64,000 nt of DNA, from contig OZ234493.1 in the NCBI GenBank assembly GCA_965153455.1, positions 18,962,213 through 19,026,212 of the forward strand. The letters run 5' to 3'. The stretch comes from Sphagnum compactum (Eukaryota). Every line of letters starts with the position of its first letter. The first letter of the stretch is position 1. A program made the translations under genes and the position numbers. Below are positions 39,001-52,100 of the stretch, piece by piece. Under the pieces are notes generated by a model, which was given only the letters and a program-made list of their open reading frames with translations, was not told the DNA's origin and made no database searches.

Positions 39001-42000
39001 TATAATAAACAATAGTAAGTTTAACAACTTGCTGCAAGTAGGATGATGGTGTACAAGTTCCAAGTTCCAAGTTGCAGGTGGTCAGTTTTTGACATGGAGA
39101 AATATGGCTGACCTATTACAGACAGTCGGTTCTGGACATGGAGAGATTTTGACTTCTTCTTTGAGCCAACTTGATGTACTGTAATTTCTCCCTTTCCTTT
39201 TTCTTACCCCTTTGTACATTTTCCTAATCTGTGGCGTGTTTTTTAATAAAGCTTTGAAGAGTTCCAAGTGGTGCCATCATTGAACTGGGTTGATTAAAAT
39301 GCAATGTTATGGTGGAAGTTTCATGTCAGTGGTGGATACTAGACTCCGGGAAAGTTGGGAAAATGAACAATGATCCGCTTCCAAATCAATGAACAGTGAG
39401 GTATTTCCAACATGAATGTCTTGAAATCAAGAAATGCACAGTTTTTGAGCTAACAACCTTCAAATACACTAGAAAAAAATTCAAGGTTTCTATGAAACTT
39501 CTCTTTGAACAATGACAGAATCTATCAGATGGTTTTTCTTTTTGCGAGAAATAATTGGCAAAGGAGAATAGAAGCATGCTCAAAGATGTAAATATTTTCA
39601 CTGCTCTTTCTAGTGTAATTGGAGAACACCTTACAGAGCATATTGTTTCTTTAGCTGTTTGTGAGCATTTCTGAAAATGAAACACCTGCCACTTCAGAAA
39701 TTCTTCTTTTTGACAAATTTTTCCTTGTTTTCTTCTGATATTCACCAAGTATCACCAAGGAAAATGTTGACTTGATTTTTACACTAAGTAAAGCCCTTAA
39801 TCTTGGGCTTTACTAGAATTGGGCCCGAACCAATGTTGGTGGGTATCAAAAATGAAGTCAAAAGTGATCAAGAAGTTAGGTCAGTTCTCATTTATAGTGA
39901 TATCTAATTGTGCTTTCTGAGCATACTCTGTCTCCTTGAGTTTTTGGTGTAGTGTTTTGTCAGATCAATACACTTTTCCGCTTCTACAAAATCTTCTACC
40001 TCTCTCTCTCTCTTCAAATGCTTTGCTCTCCCTCTTTGTCAAGACCAGAGACAAAGGAAGCGAATGAAAAGTATTTTCTTCTGAACCAAAAATCTAAGCT
40101 CCTTACCCACATTGTACTCTTATTTCACTTGGTCTAAAATCCAGGAGTTTAAAACAGTTCAGATATCACCATGATTGTTGGGGAGGAGAAACCATTCAAT
40201 TGATGGAGTATCATCAGAAATACTCCATCACAAGGTCAGCAATCAGAGTTAGTATATGAAAGCAAAAATCAAAGTTGGGCCCAATAAACATCAGTAGCAT
40301 GGGACCTGGATATGCAAAGCCCAGACCTGAAGCTTGTTCTTGATGCAACCCACTCTTACTGACTTTTGCACATGCTGCTCTGATGGTCCAAATAAGATGT
40401 GGACCTTAAAATCCATTTGGTGGAAACAAGTTCCAAGATAACTGGTGCATCACCAAGTGCCTCTAAATCTGTCTCTTGCAGAAAGCCTATCAAATTCTCA
40501 GTCAGTCCTCTCATGTTTGCTTCCAAAAATTCCATTTCATGCAACTCCTTCATCAATCTAATCTTGTGATTACCCCACTAACAATGATTCCTTCCAGAAC
40601 TTGAATCTCCAGAGTCAGACACATCCTCCTCAAATCTATCCTCTCTGTTTAAGTGAACTCTGTTCTGGCTTCTTGGATTAGCAGCAAAATGAGATGAATG
40701 ATTCCTTTACAGAACCTGCTCTTCAAGTGCAGACTACTTAAATTGTCTGCTACTCCCACACATATGCTCAGTGTTGATAATAACTTTAGAAAACCAAGCA
40801 CATGCAAGGCACCAAAATTCCTACACACATTCTTTGTTTTCTTCCATCCACTGATTGCAAAAACCATCATCATAAAGAAAGAGCTCCCATTTTCACTTCA
40901 TTTCATTAGGTCATGGAAGAAGAGGATTTGGAGTGAATTCTTTGCACAAACCCATTCCTTCTCTTATATTATCATCTTATTTCATGCAAAAAGCATTCCC
41001 CTCTTAGATACTACATCTAGACCTGAACAAGAACACATACAAATAGTAAAAATCTTGGAAGAAAAAATGTCTTGAAGAAAGTTTAGACTTCCAGAGCTGT
41101 AGAAGACACACTCAGAGATCCATACATTTGAGTACAGGAAACAGCAGCACAGGGAATTCTTGACCAAAATGTGGCACCCCCATTTGAATGGGAGGCTATA
41201 ACTGATCTCCTTCTCTTCAGATCTGTGTGCAACAAGAAAGAAAACCTTCACAGAGCGTCACAAGCTTCCAAGCTCATCTTGGCTGCTCAGTAAGTAAGTT
41301 CCTGCACTAAAATCCTTTCCCCCCCAAAGGATTTAGTTGGGGTTACAAGGATTTAGTTGGAATTACAAGAATCTCTCTCTCACTCCCTCTATTGGCAAAA
41401 AGGCTTCGCTCTTACAGCCACAAGGAACCACACTTTCCTCACCAGCAGCAGCAGTTATAAGGATGGTGAAACTGTTGAAGAGAGTTCTCTGTCTCTCTCT
41501 GTCTCTCTCTGTCAGTGTCTTTGTCTTCTCGCCCCCTTACAACTACTGGGCTTCCTTGCACGAAAGGAAGTAGTGGGTGGTCATCTCTTAACCGTCTCTG
41601 CATTTTTCTGAATCCCCCCATTGTTTCACACACGATTTGCTCCACCCGTTGATCCTCCAAACCCATCGCCATTTGCAACTGAAATGCACACAATTATGCG
41701 TGGAATCTAGCATGTCCTTTTCTTGCGTAGATTCGATTCACACACCCATTTGCACAGTAGTTGGCCAGCCATGACATGAGCTCCAAGCTCATGATGGTCC
41801 ATGATGCTTGGCCATGAGAACCCGGTCCTGAGAGAAGTGGATGAGTAGACGAAAAGCTAAGGAGAAAGCAATCAGGAAATCGGAAAAAAAATCGGAGCAG
41901 TAGAGAAGAAGCGATCGATCAGCAAATGGGGTAACTGCAGCCGCTGCGCTCTATCGATCGAATTGCTTCCCCTATCTCACTCTGCAATTGGAGATGCATC

Positions 42001-42554
42001 ACAGGAGGAAATTCCAGCAAGGCCAAGAAATGGAAGGTATCGGAGAATTGCAGAGAGGATATTAAGAAGACGACAGAAGATTCTGCAATTGCGAAAATAT
42101 GCGGCGTTAGGCTTCGTCTTCTTCTTTTCTTCTTCGTCTTCGTCTTGGGGCTCTCTCTTCTGCTGCACGCAGTTGGAAGATCAGGACCGTTTGGTTTTGA
42201 GCCCTAATCCGTTGCTTCATTGCGGGACATTTGCTCGGATCGTACGTTGCATCATCATCATCATCATCATTTGCTCCGTGCATCATCATCGCCAACCAAG
42301 CCGTATGGTAAACTTTTAAACTCAAGGAAGAAGAAGAAAGTTCCTGCTCTTCTGGTGGGCATTCTTGTCGCTTGTTGTTTGTTGCTGCAGCGCTCCGGGA
42401 ATCGGAATTCCCGGGGTTTGTTTGTCCTGTTGTTGACGTTTGTGGGTGACCCACAAAACAGAAAGAGCTTGACTCACAGCGACACAGAGGGACATATTGG
42501 ACACAGACATAGAGAGACACACACAGACACACAGAGAGACACAGAGCGAGGGAG

Positions 42555-44199
<1,645 letters not shown>

Positions 44200-46823
44200 G
44201 AGCCAGAGGGGTGTTGTTGGGATCAACATGCGTTGCTGAAGAGCAAGCAGCCTAGAAGGGATGCCAAAGACTCTCATAGAGCTTGAGACTCTTGTAGAGC
44301 TTGAGGCGCATATGGGAAGATCATGACTAAGCCTAGCCTACAGTAATCAATCAAAGGGAGAGATTTGCTGCAACCAATTGATGGAAGAATGGTGTTTCTC
44401 CATCACTGTGATTCCTCACTGCCCAGACCTATCCCATAAACAGGTAGAGATGCAGATGGGTGTTCAAAGCATCAAAGGTGAATGTGGTCACCATTCTTAA
44501 GGTGTTCTATGATTTATTTTTTTGGTGAATGACAATCTATATGGGTGGTGTGAAACACGCATTGAAATGGACCTACCAAGCTTGGCTGTGTCTTCTTTCT
44601 GGAATGCAAAATTGGGACTTTCTCTGATGTTGGAGGATTGATGATTGTTTGTTAGGCAGTCTCATCAGCTGAGAAGAAGTCTGATAATAATTGACAGTCT
44701 TAGTGGTTCTTGCACATGGTTGTCAGGCATGAAATGAATCTAGGATCTTTGCCACCTCTCTTGATAGGTTTTTGCATCACAATTCCCTTGTTTCCAAACA
44801 GATTTCTTGTTATGAACAAGTTTGAGCTTTTTTTTTTTCAGGCATCAGAGAGTTCTCACTGTGGCATTTGGCTATATTCCTGCTATAGTCTCTGATCGGT
44901 AAGTACTAAGTACTGAACTTTCCTGAGTTTCTGTTCAAAAGAATGCTACAAGGTGTCTTTCATTGTCATAAAAACCCTCATTGAATTATGGGTTAGTTCC
45001 AGGTGGAGCTTTGACTCTGTTTGTGATAATGATTTTGTATAATGATTTGGTGGAGTAAAGATGTGTTCCTGTACTTTCATAAATTTGGCAAGTTTTTGAA
45101 TGTCTGGACTTCAACATTTTGCAGGAACAAAATGATCAAATGTTTAAGAATTTGGGATAGGCATGTTTCAATCAAAATACATATGTTTGCTATGTTTGGA
45201 TTCATGTGTTTGAATACAACATCATCAAGCCATGGAGTATGGAGATTTCTCAATTTCTCATGAGAATTTGTTTGTTGCAACCCCATTCATGAGCAACAAT
45301 AGAGTGAGATGAAGTGCGCTAGCTTAGTTGTTGCTTCTCTTTCAAGGCTTCTTGTGGTTAGGATGTAATTGAATGTCCTTGGAAGTCCACCAAGTTGTAA
45401 CACTTGGCCCATCATGTAATTTTTTTCCTGTGGTTGGTTGAGTTTTATGATAGGGCTCTTTTATGCTTGTTGCTTTCTATATGAGACTTTCTCAATAGTG
45501 TTACTGTTAGGAACAGTGTTGGGCGGTTATTAGAAACTGGGTGGTTCTCTGAAATCATTGTGAAACCTGGAACCAGTGGTTCTTTATAAATTCAAATAAC
45601 CACATGGTGATTTCGCAAGTCATGGTTTTGGGCTCAATTGACCTCTTGATACCACTAGAGGTCATGAAGCATCACATATGATTTAGTCATTATGTAGTAG
45701 TCATTTTAGTTAAGTGGATTCCTGAAGGTTGAACCTTGAAGGAATCACAAGCTAATTTAGGGTTTACTTCAAAGAAATGTGAAAGCCTTACCCAACAAGA
45801 TGGCCCCTAGGGTTGTGCTTTTAGTGGGCATTTTTGACCTCCAAATTTTACGAGGTAATCAACAATGAGGGGTCTACCCCAGTGGTTAAGGGGTATGGCT
45901 TTGTGAGATGCTAAGCCAGCAGGTTGGTAATTCAAATCCCAACTGGAACTCCTTCTCCTTAGGCTCTGTGAGGACAGTCAGCTTTACTTCACAAAATTTT
46001 GTTCTTTTGAAAAAGTATGTTTTGAAAACTTCAAACAATTCTACAAATAATATGAGTAGTGTTGAAGCTGCAAAGGAACACTGTATTTGACACGATGCCA
46101 AATTGACACATTTGATTGGACACATCTCCCATGTTCTTATTCTTTTTTGGATCAACAATTGCAACGTGTGTTTTTCTTTTTTCTTTTTTTGCTTCCATTG
46201 GGCAAAAGATCAACAGCCCATCACAGAGGATGGTGGCTATCACCCATGACCTCCTCCTAATTCTCTACATTGCCTATTTGAATTCTCATTAACAACCTTC
46301 ACCACTTCCTTCTTTTCTCCAAGACTCCTACAATATACTCAAGTGATAGTCGCAAGGGTTACCATGCGTATAGCATTATGTATTCTTAGTGATTCTTGAG
46401 TGAGCATCTTCAATTTTTTTATATGGAGTTTCTTCTATTGCCTTTGAATCCTGTTAAGACCCCCCCATCCATCAATTGGTAGTTGGTCTTTCTTAACGCA
46501 TTTGCATTTATTTCATTGATCAATGGGTGTTGAACTCCACCTGTCCATCAGAGCAAGTGAGTATTAACACTTCCTACAACCATACAAAGATTGTTGCTGC
46601 CATTCCTCTTGAAGTAAACTTCCGCATGGTTAGGATATAAATGCATGCATTCATTTTAATTGACATGAGAGTTATGGCCTTGCCAAAGCACAAGGTTCCA
46701 AAATGAGAAAAATCCCTTCCTCTTCCCTCTCCCCCCACCTTCAAACTCAGTTCCAAGATCAAAACTTTGTGGCTTCAGAAATTGCACAGTTTTTGTAAAA
46801 GTCAAAAAGAGTAGCCTTACCCT

Positions 46824-47370
46824 TCATGGATCTTGAGAAACTTCCACAGGTTGAGGCAGAGGTGGAAAGGAGGGAACAATTGTCTCTGCAGCTGTAACAG
46901 ATTTTGGAGGCAGCAGAACACTCTGTGGAGGGCAGGACAACAGAAGACACACCAAATCCCCACTCACACCAGGGCCAACCCCTGGTGGAAAGAGAAGTGG
47001 CAGTACTGGGCAAATGATTTGTTGCATGTTTACAATCACAAGCTCTGCAAGCATATCAGGTGTCAAGCTGGAGATCACGATTTTGACTGAAGCTGCCCCT
47101 CTCTCTTCTTGAGCTATCAAGGCACCAAAACATGCCAGTAGTGGTACTGGGTTGTTGTCTGAGACTACAACACCATTTCCAAACCTGGGTCCTGCAACAT
47201 TTGAAGAGGCAGGAGCCATTTCCAGCTGTTCATTATCTGTTATTGGAGTCGGACACATACCTTTACCAAGGCTTTCCTATGTCTTCACCAGTTGGTTTCC
47301 ATTTTCTTCAGCAAGTCATCTTCTTCCAGAGAAGTCTTTCTTCCACAAGGGCTGATGCAGGTAATGGTGG
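46824..47370 (-). pseudogene. Isolated symplekin (ESP4/SYM-like) gene fragment
   Basis: VPLLACFGALIAQEERGAASVKIVISSLTPDMLAELVIVNMQQI resembles a conserved plant symplekin segment recalled as LVAMFGALVAQGEKA..SLEILISSISADLLAEVVMANM. No other symplekin exons are visible nearby. Confidence 0.7.
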
Positions 47371-48059
47371 TGTTGATACCTGTGGTGATAATTTTGCAAA
47401 AAAAGGTTTTCATTTCGTATCTTATAAAATTGTTTTGTTGATTATTTTTTTAAACAATAAGGACATGTCACTTGTAAAGCATTAATGATTTTTATAATGT
47501 GAAATTCATATTTTCTTAAACCTTCAAAATATGTTTCATGATATTAAAATTTCAAGAGTCCTTTGCCACATGAAAATGAAGTATTAAATGTACATAATGC
47601 ATAAATCAAAGTTTATAGGTTTGTAATACAAGAAAATGAACTCTCAAATAATGAACATGCTTTAATAGGATTTTGAAATTGTGATCATTTTTCATTCATC
47701 TTAAATTGCATTAGAATTTTACACAATTCTACAAACTCATGTTTATTCAATTATGATTAACACGCAAGACGTGATATATTGAAACCAATATAGACATATT
47801 TAATAATAGGTTGCAAAATATTTCATTTTTTAATGAAATAAATGTTCATGAAAAAAACTATCCAATACTTCAATCTATCCAATTTCATTTATCAGCTAGC
47901 TACCATACTATATCCACTAGCATCATTACCTCTCTAGTAGTGGGTGGACTTGTAGTTGTGCAAGATGTGGGGTAATTTGCAATTGACATAAAATGCAACA
48001 AATTGTAAGAAAAATCATTAAAGCTTGAAAAAGGACTAGAAAAGAGGCTTCACTAAGAG

Positions 48060-48230
48060 ATGATGAGAAGGCTTTGGAGCTCAAAAGGCTCCAGACACCA
48101 CTCTCTGAGGAACTTTCTGAGACCTCAATGAGGAGCTCAGAAATTCCTGCATCAACTGGGCCTCCAGAGAGCTTTACTGCACCTTTGAGCCCTGCTATTG
48201 CCAAACAACAAACGCACAGCCCCAGCATGC
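48060..48230 (+). pseudogene. NPK1/ANP MAPKKK C-terminal regulatory segment, inverted relative to the adjacent kinase fragment
   Basis: The plus-strand frame reads DEKALELKRLQTPLSEEL, matching the ANP/NPK1 motif DEKALELKKLQTPLYEEF. Confidence 0.75.
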
Positions 48231-48264
48231 TCCCAATTTTTATTAACTATTAATTAATTAATCC

Positions 48265-49105
48265 TCCTACAGAGAACCCTCCATTCGCGGTCAGATGAAG
48301 CCTCCAGTTGGTTGCCATCCACAAATGAGGGCTCTGACACCGGGTTATAGCTTTCATTCCACGTATCGTGTTGGATATATAGAGTCCAACCTTACAGAGT
48401 CCAACCTCACAGAACAATTAAGGTCGTCCATGTCTGAATTCCCAACCTTTCTGGAAGCCCAGTTGATGTTATCACAATTCTTCACCGAGTATGGGGAGCC
48501 TCTGAAAGAAAAGGATGAACCCTTCCCAAGCACCCCAGTTGGCTTCCAGCTGTCCTGGCCAATCTGTCTCCATGTACCTTTCACAGATCGCAATTCTGTG
48601 TTTCCCCTATATGCCTGCTGCTGCTGCTGCAAATGACCATCAGCTGCGGCTTGTTGTTGTAGTATGTCCTCAGAATCATCTAATCCTCCTCGATTCTCAC
48701 AGGTGAGAACAAAGGGATGCTTCAGAAGCTCAGTTGCACTAGGCCTCAGTGTGGGCTCCCTCCGGAGACACTTGAGGAGACAATCCTTGCCTTGATGAGA
48801 AAGATGCTCAGGGATGGGAGGGTGTGAGTTTGTAGTTCCAATGTGGAACAATGCAGCTACCTCTTGGAACTGCTGTCTCCAGGGAGGTTTACCAGTCGCC
48901 ATTTCAATCACAGTGCAGGCAACACTGTTAGCTTGCCAATTGTGACCCGTATGACGAATGACCTCAGAAGCCATCCAGGAAGGTGTGCCTTTCACGGACT
49001 TGGCTTCAGAAATGGTTGCAAGTTTAACTACATTTTTGGATGCACCAAAGTCTGCAAGCTTGATACGTCCCTTGTTATCAACCAGGATGTGTGCCCCTTT
49101 GATTG
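48265..49105 (-). pseudogene. Processed (intronless), 5'-truncated NPK1/ANP-type MAPKKK fragment
   Basis: [88 protein letters not shown]. Subdomains I-VIa are missing, DIW is deleted, APE is changed to ASE, and there is a frameshift before NPVSEPS. Confidence 0.88.
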
Positions 49106-49604
49106 ATGTCACTATTGCCAATTTGCAACCCTTGTGGCCAATGTTGTAGCATTTATTAGTAAGTTGGGGCCAGACAAAAAGCCAAAAATGCTCAAAGTTG
49201 GCCCCAAGTTTTTTCAGCGCTGACTCCTATTGTGATGCGGGCAATAGACTAAATCAGGGTGTCTGAGTTCAAATTTAACATTTCTTTGATGCGTCTTGGA
49301 GTTATTATTGGGGGAAAGGAAGGGCGCATTCAAGAAGGTGAACGTATTAATGTAGGTGCAGGTTCAGCCTGGCCAATTAATTACAGGTTTCCCCAATTCC
49401 TTCACAAACAACAGACTTGGTTGTGGGCACCATAACACGAAGCAGGTCAGAAAACCAAAAATGAGCAAAAAGTTACTGGCTTTCACGAGGCTAGGGCCTC
49501 AGATCTGGGATCCAATATGTTTGCACTTTGCACCAGATGTCAATCGTGCTGACTGGGGTTCTGCACATAAGGAGTCAAAAGGGTCTTGCAGTAAAACACC
49601 ATTA

Positions 49605-49930
49605 GGCCCACTTTAGACGAGGGTCCAGGGGTCCAATTTCCTAGGAACCAATTTGGACTCATGTCAAGCAAATTGAATCCTTGAGTTGGAGTGTACCTGG
49701 GTCCCTAGCCTGATTTTTGGTTCTCCAAATCAGAAGCTCTCCTTTGAGCACTGTCTTTTGGTCCCTACCAATTGATTTTCCCTCCAAAACAGGTGCCATA
49801 TTAGCCTCAATTTGCCACTTTTTGGTCTTGGACCCTCATCAAAAGGCCTTGGGACCAATTTAAAGCTTTCAACCAATAAGATTGCTTGAATTCATTGGTC
49901 CCTGGACCTTGGACCGTCTAAAGTCACCCC
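49605..49930. mobile_element. PIF/Harbinger (Tourist-like) MITE, copy 2
   Basis: tta|ggcccactttagacgagggtccagggg ... ccctggaccttggaccgtctaaagtcaccccc|tta. Homologous to 33937-34281. Confidence 0.75.
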
Positions 49931-50365
49931 CTTAGTTTCACAACATGTTTTTCCATAATTTATTTAGAGGCACATATATATATATACACCTCTGTACCGG
50001 TGTTTTTGTTTTTCTATTTCTTTTTTTTTCAATTTTGTGATTTTGTAAACTTTGTCAAAATTTTCCATTTTTTGAGCAGTTTTTTTCTTGAATTCCCACT
50101 ATTATAACGAAATTTCCCACTTTCTTCAAAAAACTTTGTAGTCACAATGCGAAAATTCACCAAGAAAAATCACTGCTCTGTACAGAAGTTCTTTCGTTTT
50201 TCGACTCCGGATTTCTTTGCTATGACCGTCCATGTAATTTTTCCTTCTCCCCACAGGCTCCTCCAATCATAGACATTGGCCAGGGCGAACCAGGTACACT
50301 CACCTTCTTTAGCAAGGCCTCTTAGAGGCTGTCTTTGTCGATTTAGAGACCGTGATTTTGTCTAA

Positions 50366-50659
50366 GTTCATCTCCACCCAAAAACTGCAAACAACTCCTT
50401 TATGTGAAAATGTAATAGTGTTTAATGATCATTGTCCCCACCCGCAACCGTCATAAAAGCCCCTTTAAACACCCAAAGACCATTTATGTCTTTACATCTG
50501 GACCTGTAAATAAGCACCCTCCAAATCCATAGTAGCTTTTAAAGGGGTTAAAATGACCACTGCAAATCGACATAAATACTGGAGAGGAGCATGAGTTACG
50601 CTACCCCACTCCAAGATTTAATGAAAAGGGGTGTTTGCAGGTGTCGGGTGGAGATGCTC
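50366..50659. mobile_element. Tourist-like MITE with TAA target-site duplication
   Basis: taa|gttcatctccacccaaaaactgcaaacaactccttt ... aaaaggggtgtttgcaggtgtcgggtggagatgctc|taa; a GAGCATCTCCA-type TIR. Confidence 0.8.
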
Positions 50660-50760
50660 TAAGGATGCTACAAGTATCTATAATGTTTTGAAGCTGCCCC
50701 CAAAAACTTTGGGATTTTCACCATGGTTCTAGTGTAGGCCAGGTTCACCTGACCAAGGCA

Positions 50761-50960
50761 AATTGACCCCAGCATTGGGATCATGGTAAAAACCACAAAG
50801 CTCATTTAAATTGGCCATAAATATTCTACATATTTATAAATATAATTTCCCTACACTAAATCAGGGTGCCAAAGTCCAAATCGGTAAATTTTGGGGCCTA
50901 ATATGGCCATGTAAATGGGTTTTGGGGGTTTCTACAATGATCCCAATGTGGGGGTCAATT
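50761..50960. mobile_element. Fold-back element with ~60-bp imperfect inverted arms
   Basis: aattgaccccagcattgggatcatggtaaaaacc...ttggccata (50761-50819) pairs with tatggcca...ggtttctacaatgatcccaatgtgggggtcaatt (50902-50960). Confidence 0.7.
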
Positions 50961-51640
50961 CTTTACCCTGGCTGGTTCGCCCAAGGCCCAATTGCTCATG
51001 CATTGCCTGCAACATGAGCTCTGGCAGAGCGCCTCAATAATGCACTGGGTGAAATCAGCCAACAGCAGGAGACGTGTGGATGCATAATTTTTTGGGTCAG
51101 TTTTGAGATTTAGCCCAAGTGGCTATCATAGGTAGGAAGACTTAGTCAGATTTGGCTATGAGCTAAATATGGCATTAGAAAATTTTAAACATCTTTCTCT
51201 TATTTTTGGCTACCTACTTGAAAACCATGTCTGGAAATCTGACGATTTTTCTTTGAATTTGGTTGAATTTTGGATATGGAGAATCTCAAAAAGCAATTGA
51301 TTTTAGCCCTTTTTAATTTATAACTTAGCCTTTTTTCGGCTATAGTTTTTTGGTAGAAGAAAGGTCAGTGTGTGGATGTGAACAAAAGTCATGATGATAA
51401 TAATGGAGGAGGCCAGAGAGAAAAAGTAAAGCGTGTTTGACAAGTCTCAAGGTGACGTTGCATATTCCATCCTCAATTATGAGTAGAAAATAGAGACATG
51501 TGTTCCAGAAAAGAAAGTAATGAATTGTTCAGTGACCAAGAAATCGGTAAAACGCGTATGCTACAGTCTGAAGAGTCACGCCAAAACCCTTCTAGAAGTT
51601 TCTGGGCGAGAAGAAAATGAGGAAGAAGAAACATCTGCAA

Positions 51641-52042
51641 GAAAAGTCGAAAAGGAGTAAGAAAAGAGAGTGGGAATTCCAGGGAGATCGTGAAGAGGAA
51701 AGGGGTTGATGTTCTTTGGAGAGATCTAGTGGAAAGATCAGCTTGCGAGAATCTGTGATGTGACGGACACCCATCATACCCTGTGTATGCTATTGGGATG
51801 GGAGAGGATTTCTAGCAGGTTTTATGAGCGCTTCTTCTTCTGTGAGAAAAGTCGAAAAAGTAGTAAGAAGAGAAGAGAGTGAGAATTCCAGGGAATTCGT
51901 GAAGAGGAAACCGGTTGATGTTTCCTGGGGAGATCTAGTGGAAAGATCAGCTTAGCTTGCGGGAATCTGTGATGTGAGGGACACCCATCATACCCTGTGT
52001 ATGCTATTGGGATGGCAAAGGATTTGTAGCCAGGTTTCATGA
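51641..52042 (+). repeat. ~205-bp tandem duplication directly upstream of the NLR start
   Basis: 51641-51827 is nearly identical to 51846-52042. Confidence 0.9.
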
Positions 52043-52100
52043 GACCAAAAGGTTACGAGAAAAATATTTATGAGAGCAGTGAGCAAAAGTAGTGTGAAAT

